Shown here piece by piece: positions 13,133 through 25,769 of a stretch of 64,000 nt of DNA (positions within the stretch are counted from its first letter, which is position 1; each line of letters begins with the position of its first letter). A model generated the notes under the pieces. The model was not told the origin of the DNA. It made no database searches and worked only from the letters and a program-made list of their open reading frames with translations. The DNA lies in contig NW_003314267.1 of NCBI RefSeq assembly GCF_000143415.4, forward strand, positions 2,269,730 to 2,333,729, given 5' to 3'. The position numbers were made by a program, and so were the translations under genes. Origin of the DNA: Selaginella moellendorffii (lineage: Eukaryota; Plantae; Lycopodiophyta).

Positions 13133-15190
13133 TTAAGCTTCTGCAGAAACGTTCCAGGAGAAAGTTATAAGGGAGAACATTGACAAGTCACCTGGTTGTG
13201 AGTACCACTGACGCAATGTAGCCTGCAGACCAAACATTCTAAGTTAGTCTTTCATTGCAGCGTGTTAGCAAACGTACCGGACAAACTGGACTGGCCTCGA
13301 GGCCTTGCTCAAGCTCCTCAAAAGAGATGAGCATTTTCACAGGTCTTAAATGTGACAAGCTGCTCACAGCTTTTCCATCCGAGTACCCAATAAGCTCGCG
13401 CTCCAACAAGTGCTCAAAGGCCTACTCCATGTAAAACATTTGGTTAGGAGCTTTTCAGGAAATTGAAAACCTTGTAAGCAGCCTTTTTCGAATAGGAATC
13501 GGAACTCTTATAACCATCTTGATACTCTGCAAGAACAATTTGAGCGAGAATATGGTTTAAGTCAGTGGCTCTTACCTTTGAAAACAGAGTTGAAGGTATA
13601 GGTGTCACGCTCTTTGTTCTCCAGACGCTTCATTGATGTAAGCAGAAAAAGCTCGAGCACAGACAAATCTATATGAGTAAACCATTAGATGAAATATACG
13701 AGAGCCATTTCAGCAGCTACCAGCAAGTGCGCAAATTGTCGGTGGATGTTTTGGTGTTGTAGACTTGGTGTTTTTTAAGTAGTCCAACAGGTTCCGAAAG
13801 CTACATAGAAGTTGAAAATCAATGAACTGTAATGAATAGCTTACTCACACTGAGTCAATAATATTTCTTGGACTAGAATCAAGTGCTGCCAGCTTATTCA
13901 CGAGCTCTTTCGTGGTCTCCATTTGTAGCCAGGCCTAAGAAACAACGAGGACTTCTAATTTTCACAAGAAAGAGAGGCTACTACCGAGATTTTTGCGTTG
14001 AAAGCGTTGGCATGCTGAGCCAGGTTTGCAGATGAATCGACTGGAATAACTAGTACCGTTTCCAGAAACCTGACGACAGAGCAGAAATATGTACTAAAAT
14101 TTGATGAAATGAAAGCTTACCTGGTGATCTCTTCACTAGCAGGAGGAAGAAAAAGGATCTTGCGTTGTGAAAAACGAGATCTCACTCGTTTTTCTAAGAG
14201 TTGGTCGGCATCCTAGAGAGGAACAATAAGAGAAAGAGTTTCTAAGATATATATATACCAGTCTGCAGCTGATACCAATTACAGCTGCTTGGGAAGAGGG
14301 CGATTGCAACAGATCCAACAAGTTGTACAGAAGGGACTGCTTTGGTTTCTGCAAACAAGAGACAAGGTAGATGCAAGAACTAGTTTCAGCAAAAAAAACC
14401 TGCGCAAAAAGATCGAATTCGTCCAGAACAAGAACAAGGGCCTTGTGAGAGAAAGAAAACTGCCTGGGAGGACACTTAAGCACATAAAAATGGAACCTTG
14501 GTCACGTAAAAGAGGCACGTACTCCAGAATAACAGTCAGGAATCGCAAGTTCTCCTCAAAGGATGCCTGCGGGGAGAAAGAGCGTGAATAAACGAAAATA
14601 ATTCCAAAGAACTCACAGCTTTGGAAAACTCGAGCTCGTGTTCCACGCATAGTTGCTTTGCAATCTCCTGTCATCAACATCACTCAAAACGTTATTCGTG
14701 AAAAGCGAGAGACTTCATACATACCTTTAAAGCACTTCGATCATCGGCATGTAAAAGACCATTCAGCCTAACCTGAGAACGAAAACAACAGAACAAAAGT
14801 TTTAGAGGTGAGATAACAAACAAAAGATCTTCCCTACGATCGAAATTCGATCCGGAAAAGTCTCCTGGATTTCTCTCAAAACGTGCTCGAGCACCTACAT
14901 TGGGTGCTAATGTTAAAACCAGAAAGAAACCAATGTAGCTAGAACGGGTACCATGGATTTACCACAGCCTCGGGGCCCAAGAAGCAACGCTGAATTGTTG
15001 CACGCTTGACAAATCGTGTGCCTGAAAAGATCATACAGTTTCCTGGAGAGGAAAAAAGTTGCGCCGAGCGACCAAAACTCGAAAATTCGCCCCACCTTCG
15101 ATTCTCCTCGGCGCTTGCGAACACCGGAGACGCTCGCGGATCGTAGAGCCGGCAACGGAGAATCTGCATTGCCGCGTCCAGAAGAGCCAT
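13133..15190 (-). CDS. ORC4: Origin recognition complex subunit 4
   Basis: CNNSALLLGPRGCGKS Walker A, LNGLLHADD, LVLDEFDLFA..KQSLLYNLLD, LEKRVRSRFSQR, AFEHLLERELI; 3' end approximate. Confidence 0.92.
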
Positions 15191-15341
15191 CGTAAACCCA
15201 AGAACCCTAAAAATGAAAATGCTCTTAGCTACGTGGCAGGGGAATCTGTCCACCTCTGTTGCCACGTCGACTGACATGTCACAACACTTGGAGAGACGTT
15301 ATAGAGAAGGGGGAAAGTTTAGGGCAGCTAGAAAGGAATCC
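15191..15341. promoter_or_regulatory. Putative bidirectional promoter shared by ORC4 and GEN1
   Basis: Only 151 bp between divergent ATGs; contains telo-box-like AACCCTAA / TTTAGGG and ACGT-core motifs. Confidence 0.6.
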
Positions 15342-17490
15342 ATGGGCGTTGGGGGAGGATTTTGGGAGCTCATCAAGCCGCTGCGCCATAGCTCCGAAGA
15401 TCTGTCAACGCTTCAGGATAAGCGCCTCGCAATCGATCTGTCCCATTGGATCGTCCAGCAGGAGGCCGTGCTCAAAGACAGGGCGCGCAAGCCTCACTTG
15501 CGTCTTTTGTTCTTCCGCGTCGTCACGCTTGTTGCCAAGGCAAGATTGCCGGTTTTTCTGCTCGATTTCTCAAGAAATTTTCACTCCAGGTCGGTGCATT
15601 GCCTGTTTTCGTGGTGGATGGAGACGCGCCATTGCTGAAGCTGCCTGCGAGGATCGAGCGCTTCAGTCGCTTTTCCGGAATTCCCGCCGCTCAGCTGAAT
15701 GGAGGTGATAATCATCGGAATCGGGCTTTCCTCGAGAATGTAGAAGAGTGTGTGGTAAGTTTTCTTACGTCCATGAAGATTTTCTTCACGAAAGTTTCTC
15801 TCTATAGGAACTTCTGGGCTTGCTCAACGTACCGGTGTTACGTGCAACGAGCGAGGCGGAAGCCTTGTGTGCGGAGCTGGAGCGAAATGGCGTTGTAGAC
15901 GCTTGTGTGACACCCGACAGTGATGCATTTCTTCACGGTGCGAGGTGTGTGATTCAAACCTTGCAAGCGGACATCAAAGTAAGGTGGGGATTCTTCTCTA
16001 AAGCTGCTGTAATTGTGGGAAGTCTGACAGAAACCTCTTGTGGAGTCATATCTTGCTTCAGACATCAGACTTGCGTTGCAACTCGAACGAGAACATCTTA
16101 TTGCGTTAGCTCTCCTCGTAGGTTGCGACTACAATTTGCGTGGAATACCTGGTGTTGGCTACAGCAATGCAATGCGCCTGGTTCAGCATTTTTCTAAAGA
16201 CGAGATCCTTGACAAGTAAGCCGGTTTTTTATTTTTTATTTTTGTTGTCTTATTGCTATCGATCTTAATTTCCTTGCTAATGGATCAGTCTTCGAAAATG
16301 GGGAAGGCGTGAGTATCCATCACCAGAAGTTATAGGAAAACTAAGTGATTCGGCAAATGGATTCGACAGCAAAGAAGGAGATGATGCTGCATTGCATCTT
16401 GGACGAAGAAAAGATTCTCATTGTTCTATGTGTGGGCATCCCGGGAACAAGAAACTTCATACCAAGCTAGGCTGTGAAGATTGCGGGTCATTGAACACTG
16501 CCGGATGCTCTCAAAAAGCGAAGAACTTCAAGTGTGGCTGCGGGAGTTGCGCACAGGTATCATATGTAAGATGCCTTTTGCGCCAGGTTTCTAACACTGT
16601 TGTTTGCAGGATCGAAGAAGAAAGAAGCATGAGAAAGATGTGACATGGTGGTCAAATCTCCGTGCAAAAATTTCTGCGATTGAAGACTTCCCAAACGAAG
16701 AAATTATTGAGATTTTTCTGAATACTGGGGCCACTAGTTATCTTAGAGGTTCGTACAGACGCTTTACAAACATACGTGTGAGCATCAACTTTTATCATGT
16801 TTCAGAAGGGCAATCCTTGGATCTTCGCTGGGAAGCTCCTCAAATGGAACCTCTAGAACTATTTCTCGGTTCGCATTTACATTGGGATGTAAGTTATATT
16901 CGCAAGAAGGCACTTCCACTACTGTCGCACTATTGTCTGAAGTCCATCGCCGAAGGTCCTTCAATGGCCCTTCTCAACGGTCGATATACCCCTACCTCTA
17001 TACTGAAACTCAAAACGAACGTGGGAAAACCACTGTACGTAGTGAAGTGGAATGCGGTGGATAGCTTTGGCGGGCCCGGTGGAGAAACGAATGAGGATTC
17101 CATTACAACTGACGAACAGATTTCGTTAATCAAAAGAGCTTGTCCGGCTCTTGTTTCGAAGTTTGAAGATCAGCAGGTAAACTGTTTCTTACTCAGTTAT
17201 ACAATCTTTTCTTTCTTTCTTTCTTTCTTTTTTGTTTTTTTATGTTGTTTTAGAAGTTCAAGAGACCGACTAGACGGAAAAAGAAAGAACCCGATCCAGA
17301 TCAAAGGAGTATCATGTCCTTCTTCAAAGTAAAGTCCAAACAAGTTTCTTGGGAAGGAAGTGGCGTAGAGCTGTTGGCACCCACGGCTTTTCGTAAGGAA
17401 TCTAACTCCTTGTCAAGCAAGCAAATTATAGACCTGGACTCGTCGGATGAAGATGATGTTCGGGTATCTGTCAAGAGGCGGCTATTTTGA
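15342..17490 (+). CDS. GEN1: Flap endonuclease GEN-like 1 (Rad2/XPG-family Holliday junction resolvase)
   Basis: MGVGGGFWELIKP...AIDLSHWIVQ...KPHLRLLFFR, PVFVVDG, EAEALCAEL, DSDAFLHGA, LLVGCDY, Cys-rich insert, chromodomain-like region; ends VKRRLF*. Confidence 0.92.
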
Positions 17491-17638
17491 TAAGATCGGG
17501 TATGTGAACGTCGTTTTCTTCGTCTTCTTTGTTTCTGTTTTTCCTTTTTTTGTTTTAACAACTTCTTGTTCTGGTGGTCAGGCATCTAATTAAATAGGTG
17601 CCAGCACCGAAAGTACAAAATTATTAGAACGAGGCGTT

Positions 17639-18863
<1,225 letters not shown>

Positions 18864-20730
18864 TACCTCCTGTCTCACGAGAAGCAGAAACAGGAAACGA
18901 GGAGGTAAGGATCAATCAGCTTGATTCATTTGCAGATGTTTTCTTCTCTTGCAGTGTGAGCCTTTTATAGCTGCAAGTTTCCTCGGCTAACGTTCGCACA
19001 ATCATATTCATATGGAGGTGGACACGAAACTTGAGCCTTTAACAAGAGTTCGATCGTGGATGGCGTGCGACTCCCACGTTTCCTTGTTTGAATTCGAATT
19101 TTTAAATTGTGGCGCGAATTATTGTGAGGCCTCTAAGCGAACATCGAGTCATACAGGTATGCTGCCTACTTTTTCCACGATTAATGTTTCTTTTTGTTTT
19201 TCCGAGAGATCAGCAGCTGATTCAATGAAAACTTGCTTCATTTCCTATGATACTGCAGCTGAAACTAATGTACTCTACGCGGCTCAAGTTAAACGGAAGC
19301 TAAATGATTTATTGACGCTCTATTATTGTACACGCGATTTCAGTAACCTCATAGTGGTCAAAATTTTCTAATAGATTAGTCCCCTGCTAGATCTTATAGT
19401 TTTGTTTGCTGTTTCCAGCGAAGCGAAGACCGCACGCCCAGGTCGATCGGGTCTACCACGTCTCGTAAAGTAAAGGTACAGACGTGACTGTTGCGGTTAC
19501 TAAACAAAGTCTGCAAACACGCAGCGTCACGATGTCTGGGAGATGAGAAAGGTCTTGTTAGCTTTATATTTTTCTCGCTGATGCCTTTGTGAAGGTTTCA
19601 GAGAACGGGACTTCACCACCAAATAGGAATCCGCAGCGTTTTAGAGGAATGCGGACCTAAAGTCCGATTCAATGTTTAGTTGGGAAGGTACGACATAGTT
19701 TGGATACCTCTTTCCGACCCGGGTGTTAAACAGGCAAACAGAAGCTGGTTGTTGACGGAACAAGTCTTCAAGGCTGACGGTACACCAGACGTTCTTCTAC
19801 TTGCTCGAATGTCTGACGAGATGTTTACTGTAAACGCTGCAGAATAGCTGTGGAAAATGGAAGACTTGTACAGAACTTTGCCGGAAGCACAAAGGTGATT
19901 TTGTTCACGTTCTGTCATTATTTGACAGGAAAAGGTTCATTTCGAGGCAGCAGTCAACCGTGGTTGACGTGCCAGTGCAATCCAGTGCTCATTCATTGCG
20001 AGAGATCAAGTAGAAGGCAAGTATGTGCTGTTTAGATCCGGTTTACTTTTCTAATCGCAATTTCATTGGAAGACGAGCTCGAGCGCGTTGAGAGGCTCGA
20101 AAGCAAGCCCGAAGCCAACTTGCTCGACAGTGATGGCGAGAAACGAGAACTAAGAAACTTCGAGCTTACAGGGAGTACGAAGAATTACTTCTTTACTGGC
20201 GAAGGTCTATTCTGAAAAGCTTGTACGCTAAAAGTCGCCAGGAATCCTTTGCTGCTTTTGGAGGCGAATAGAAAAATGTGACGCGCTATGGGCGGCAGCA
20301 CGAGAAGAATCGGCTTCGGTGGGTTATTGAGCTTTCCAGCTGTCTGATTAAAATGTGTTTTCAACGTTGGTAACATGGCTTGCTCGCAGGCTATCACGTA
20401 CAAGCAAGCAGCGTCACGGGAAGCAATATAAACAAGTCTTCGTCAAGAACTAGCCAGGGATTGTGAAAGGCAAGAAATGGAAACTTGGGGGGCTTAATCG
20501 CGAGGAAATCTCCCGTTTGCTGGTAATTACCAGCATTCGTATCTGGAAAGATCCGGGTCAGCGACGAGAAAGAGAAAGCGTTACGCAAGCTTTGTCCGCG
20601 CAGTGCATGCACTGAAGTAACGGGGGTGGATCAAAGTTGGTTGAGCTGGAACTTGAATGCTCCGGTCACTCTTGGTGGGCGTTTGATGAAAAGGAAGGCG
20701 AGGATCTGTCATCGACGAAGAAGATGATCG

Positions 20731-22221
20731 ATGGTCGTCGCCAGGGATCAGGCTATGGTAGTACAGCGCAGGACGATGGCAATGCCGTTAACTCGACTCG
20801 TTCTCGCCACTTTGTTCGCCGTTTGGGTGGTATGGAACTTCGTACCTCTGGAGCAGCTCCAATCCTTCACTGCTCCACCAGCGGCAGAGATCAGATTTAG
20901 CCACAGCGTAGAGCAGCACTACAAGTTCTCGGGCCACAACGATGGTGGTTCCTTGTCCGAGGAGATGGAACTGGGCTGGAAGAAGAAGGAGATCATCGAC
21001 AGCTTGAGGGGTGGAAGTGATACATCGTCACGGGTGGTTTCATCGGGTTCCCCCTGTTCCGGCCGAGCTATCTACATTTACAAGCTCCCGGAGAGATTCA
21101 ATCGGGCTATACTCGAGCAATGCGGGACATTTCTCCCGTGGTTCAGCATGTGTGACTACTTCACAAACTCGGGTATGGGAGTCCCAGTGCAGAGCTCCAG
21201 TTCTTCGGTCCTAGCACCAGCAGGGAAGTGGTTCCAGACCAACCAGTACGCTCTCGACGTTCTCTTCCACCAGAGGCTACTCCACTATCCATGCCTCACG
21301 GACTCTCCAGAGGAAGCGTCGCTCTTCTACGTTCCATACTACGCCGGCCTTGACGTTCTCAGGTACCACTACACCAACGAGACGCTGGAGCAGAAGAACG
21401 AGCTCGGGCTGGAAGTGATGGATCTCCTCAAGCGGCAGCAGTGGTGGTGGCGGAGGAATGGCAGGGACCATCTCTTGGTGATGGGAAAGATCACCTGGGA
21501 CTTTCGCAGGAACAACGAGACAATGTGGGGGAACACGCTGCTCAAGATGGCCGAGTTCGAGAACATGACCAAGCTTCTCCTGGAGCGAGATCCCTTCGAG
21601 CCAAACGAGATCGCAGTGCCACACCCGACTTACTTCCACCCGAGCTCCGACTCCGACATAAGCACCTGGATCTCACGCATCGCTTCCTCCAGCAGGGACA
21701 ATCTCGTCAGCTTCGCCGGGATGCCGAGGGACCCCGAGCACCTCCGGACTCACCTCATCAACCAGTGCAAGGATCGCCCAGATCGCTGCAAGCTGCTGGC
21801 CTGCTCGGGGAATCTGTGCGACAGTCCGGAACCGACCATGGAGCTGTTCTTGAGCTCCCAGTTTTGCATGCAGCCGCCGGGGGACAGTGCCACCCGACGC
21901 TCGGTCTTCGATTCTCTCATCGCCGGGTGTATCCCAGTGTTGTTCGACGCCGACACCGCTTACTTCCAGTATGCGTGGCACCTTCCCGAGGACTCGTCCT
22001 CGTACTCGGTGTTCGTGTCGGCCAGCGATGTCAAGAGGCGGAGAGTGGACGTGGTGGACGTGGTGGAGCACGTCTCTCCCAGGCAGAGGCTGCTCATGAG
22101 GAGGAAGATTATCGAGGAGATTGTTCCGGGGTTGCTCTACGCGCAGCCGGGGACGAGGCTGCTCAAGTACCGGGATGCGTTTGACACCACCATCGCCAGG
22201 TTGTTGCAAAAAGGTAAATAA
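20731..22221 (+). CDS. GT47 exostosin-family xyloglucan galactosyltransferase-like protein (MUR3/KATAMARI clade), intronless
   Basis: Type II TM anchor, IYIYKLPERFN, TNQYALDVLFHQR, FYVPYYAGLD, GKITWDFRR, FCMQPPGDSATRRSVFDSLIAGCIPV. Confidence 0.92.
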   Translation: MVVARDQAMVVQRRTMAMPLTRLVLATLFAVWVVWNFVPLEQLQSFTAPPAAEIRFSHSVEQHYKFSGHNDGGSLSEEMELGWKKKEIIDSLRGGSDTSSRVVSSGSPCSGRAIYIYKLPERFNRAILEQCGTFLPWFSMCDYFTNSGMGVPVQSSSSSVLAPAGKWFQTNQYALDVLFHQRLLHYPCLTDSPEEASLFYVPYYAGLDVLRYHYTNETLEQKNELGLEVMDLLKRQQWWWRRNGRDHLLVMGKITWDFRRNNETMWGNTLLKMAEFENMTKLLLERDPFEPNEIAVPHPTYFHPSSDSDISTWISRIASSSRDNLVSFAGMPRDPEHLRTHLINQCKDRPDRCKLLACSGNLCDSPEPTMELFLSSQFCMQPPGDSATRRSVFDSLIAGCIPVLFDADTAYFQYAWHLPEDSSSYSVFVSASDVKRRRVDVVDVVEHVSPRQRLLMRRKIIEEIVPGLLYAQPGTRLLKYRDAFDTTIARLLQKGK

Positions 22222-22652
22222 CTACATGCATGTAAATTGGATCGGTCATAAGAAATCTAGAGCTGGATTAGATTTAGAGTTGGATTTCCTCTAAATCTAT
22301 AACCACAATTTTTCTTTAAAAATCCAGATAAAGGGATATCCTATGATACCAGGATATTCTTGGTACAGCCATTACACCGGATAGAAATATCTCCTCGGCG
22401 CAGTTAAACTTTCTCTAATTCTTTTGTAATCAGTGTTTGACCTTGCTGCTTACCAACTAGCTAAACATCAAACAAGCCCTGTGCTCACAGAAAAAAGAGA
22501 GTTACTTATCTATCAGTCAATCCCTCCTGGGGACAAGATAAATTGACCAGCACAAAACAAATCCCTTATTCATTTTGGCAACTTGTAGATATTGGGGGAG
22601 TACACCTCTGTACCTGGGGTAGGTGGCCTAGTAAAAATTGCATTATATTGCA

Positions 22653-22676
22653 ATATATATATATATATATATATAT
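22653..22676. repeat. (AT)n microsatellite
   Basis: 12 AT units. Confidence 0.95.
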
Positions 22677-23485
22677 CAATTTCATACACATGTGTGTTTG
22701 AATTGTTTAAACATGCATATGATTCATCTTTTATATATAAATTTTTAATCTATGTCAATTCATTTGCCACATCACCATCTTCTTTTTTGTAATTTAAATT
22801 TGGCAAGAATGGCAAGAATGAGTCGTGAGATGATTTAAACCTGGCATCCTAGATGGAGCTTGATGTTCAATGGCTACATGCAATGGGGTCCAATCTAGAG
22901 TCTAGCCCATCTTTACCTCAGAATAAGCAAGAATCGTGCCATATGCATTGCAATATAGCACTCAAACTCCTCACCAAAAGTTTTGATCCAAGGGACTAGA
23001 ATGTCATAGCATTCATAAGCGATTGGTAGAGATTGTGGCTGGCAAGTTGGATGAGCTAGAGTGTGTGATTCTGCTGTTGGGCAACACGTTCTAAGCATTT
23101 CCACCCAATTGTATCTGGCAATCTTAGACATGTTTATTTGTTATGGACAATCCTAGTTGACATGGGTTGGATTCATATCTGGCATTCTGCCAAATTATAT
23201 TACACACAATCACGTTTCAATTGTTATGCATTATAATACTCTGTGCAATTGAAAAAAAAAAATACACATGTGTAAATAAAAAATGCACTCATGTGCAATT
23301 ATATATTGATTGCCATATGATTGGGCATCAATATTATAGCATTCATTTTAAAAATGAGTAGCCTTTAAATAATAAATTTTTTTCTTAAAAATAAGAATTT
23401 TTTTAAAGGTTAGCAAAAAATTTCAAAAACACTTTTTGTTATCAAAACGAGGGTTTTAAACGAATTATGTTCGAACTGAAGCTTC

Positions 23486-25498
23486 ATGGCGGAGGGGAAA
23501 CGGGTCAAGGTAGGCGAAGTTCTTGTGGGTTTGGGTTCCGAAGAATGGAGCGTGCCAAGCGGCACGACAGTGAAAGAGGTGATCCAGATGATTCTCTCGT
23601 CACGGGGTTGTAGCAGCTCCAAAATAGTCCTCGAGGCGCATGTCGATCAGGATGGGAGCGTCATCCCTCTCCCCGACACTTTGAAGCTAACGGAGATCGA
23701 GGGCTGGAGATACAAAGCCAGAGCGGAGGTGGTGTTCAAACCTCGTCGGTTTGCAACTGGCGTCGCGATACAAGACCCCACTGAGTGCTTCTTTATCGAG
23801 CCCGAAGGCGCTCAAGCTCTGGCCGAGGACCTCGTCGCTGGCCGCTACTGTGTTGTGTGTGACCGAAGGCAGAGCGGGAAGACCACCCTGCTCTACGCGG
23901 TTGCGAAGAGATTGGAACAGTCGGGCTTGGTTCCGGTTTACATCGGGGGCTTGAGCAGCGCGGCCAAGGACTGGACTTCTTCAGATATGTGGAGAGACTT
24001 GTGCAGGAGGTTGCACCTTGCGTGCCCGGCTTTGTTTGCGGAACAGAAACACGAAGGGATGTGTGACGATATCGTCTTCATGAGCATGTTCCGCAAAACA
24101 GTGCGAGTCAGTTGCAAGGTGGTGGTCATTCTAGATGAAGCAGATACCCTGCTCAAGCTCGACCCTGGCTGCCTAGACGTCTTCTTCCATACAATCAAAG
24201 ACATGAAGTCACAGAGGGCCTCCTACAACCTGTGGGCATTTGCTCTGGCTGGTGTCGAGACGATCAAAGACCTGCTCGAGGCACAGTATGACAGAAGAAG
24301 GCATGCAGCAAACGAAGGGTACCTTGAAAGCGCTGCACCGAGCAGATTGTCCCCTTTTCCGCATGACTTGTCACAAGCTTTGCGTCCGTTCACCGTGGAA
24401 GAATTGATCAGTCTCATGGAGCAGGCCAACGAGGAGCACGGAGGGAAGATTCTGCAGGTGGTGGAGGTGGCAACACACATCTGGCAACAGACTTCGGGGC
24501 ACAAAGGATTGGTCGGGACTTGCCTGGCGTATATGATGCAGGAGGAAGCTTTTACGTTCAAGTCTTGGCTGGAACTGTCGGACTCGTTCAAGCTCGGCCG
24601 CCACCTCTTCGGACAGGCAACGTATGCCCGAATCATGTCCTTCTTCAGGACGACGTCCACCATCTCTCAAGCGCTGTACGATCTTCTGGTCAGCTTCCTC
24701 GGACAGGAGAAGCGCGAGCTACAGAGCGTGGTGCACCTCCGTGATTTGCTGGCTGAAGGCGTATTGACTGCCGTATCATCGGGAGACGATAAGTACCAAG
24801 TTAGCATATCGTCTCCGTTGCTTCGTACGGCCATACTTCGACGGTGTTCTATCTGCGGCCAGCAGGTCGACGATCCTCCATCACCTCGCCATCTTGTGAA
24901 CCGAACTTGGCTCGTCCAGCAGGCAATCAGGACGCTCGACTACGACTGCATTTTCAGGTGAGCTTTGCGGCTTTCTTGTGTGCTCGTTCACCTTTTGATG
25001 TTTCCATGCAGGCCCGAGTGCTCCGAGTACTCCCATCAGTTCATTTTCATGTGCAGGGTCAAGGCAGTGCTGCAATCGGCCTACCCCTTTGTTGGTGCGG
25101 TTGTCCTCCCTGAGGTGAAGGAGGTTCCGGTCGAAGGTGTCCGACGCAGCCAGTCACGCCTCCATACCTTAGTCCGCGACCATCAGCACTTTCCAAGGTT
25201 CGGGTTTGAATATGTTGTCGATGCAGACGTGAAGAACTTGAGAGCTCGCTACCAGATGTCCGTAGACTACAGTAAGCAGCACTCTGCACAGGTCTACTTG
25301 ATCAACTTTACTCTGCGCAAGGATCCTTTGGAGATTAAACCAGATGACGAGTCGATATATTTCTGGGGGGTGCGGTTTGATCCCGAGGACCAGACTGCAA
25401 CCGTGACTAGTTTGGATGCGAGAGGTGCACGGGAGGCAGCTGTTTTGAGTTTACGCAATTGGACTGGCAAGCTCAAGTTTGATGACTTGGTGGGATGA
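23486..25498 (+). CDS. Crinkler(CR)-like protein: Ubl-like N-terminus + AAA+ (AAA_35-like) P-loop NTPase + PD-(D/E)xK-like C-terminal domain; 2 exons, ~652 aa
   Basis: Exons 23486-24957 and 25012-25498 join in frame across a 54-bp GT-AG intron. Motifs: RRQSGKTT Walker A, VVVILDEAD Walker B, SPF, PFTVEE, TSGHKGLV. C-terminus reads EYSHQFIF..VLPEV..RLHTLV..FGFEYVV..VYLINFT. Confidence 0.7.
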
Positions 25499-25769
25499 AA
25501 TACTAAGTGCTTAAAGAATGGCATCCTAAAATCTTCATGATTAAACATTATATACATTATTGTAAAATAATGTTATCAAAGGGTTCAGTCCTTTTGCATG
25601 GCAATAAATTTCAGCGCTTTTGGATGAAAAGCCTGATTGAGAGGAGGCACACATAAGCAAATCCAACAGCAAAGTCGGGAACAGAAGAGAGTACGCTACA
25701 ATCATCAAGCTGCTCGGGGCAATCGTTAAGGAAAAACAAATTTATCACAATTTTAACATAGTTTGTAAC

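Noticed and set aside
19600-20190. Possible thioredoxin-like (ENGRLVQNFAGSTK|EK) and other coding-like fragments
   Set aside because: Too short and interrupted by stops; no active-site motif; cannot assign a family
21277-22209. Long alternative-frame and antisense ORFs over the GT47 gene (likewise 61930-62985 and 45030-45749 over the PPR genes)
   Set aside because: Expected shadows of GC-rich intronless coding sequence; no motifs of their own
22815-22910. tRNA/SINE-like T-loop motif (GGTTTAAATC on the minus strand)
   Set aside because: No cloverleaf or A-box could be built; resemblance limited to ~10 nt
23860-24150. Calling the 23486-25498 NTPase an NB-ARC/NLR or an ORC/CDC6 paralog
   Set aside because: No GLPL/MHD motifs, LRRs or TIR/CC domain, and no ORC-specific motifs; the pattern fits AAA_35/CR-type NTPases better
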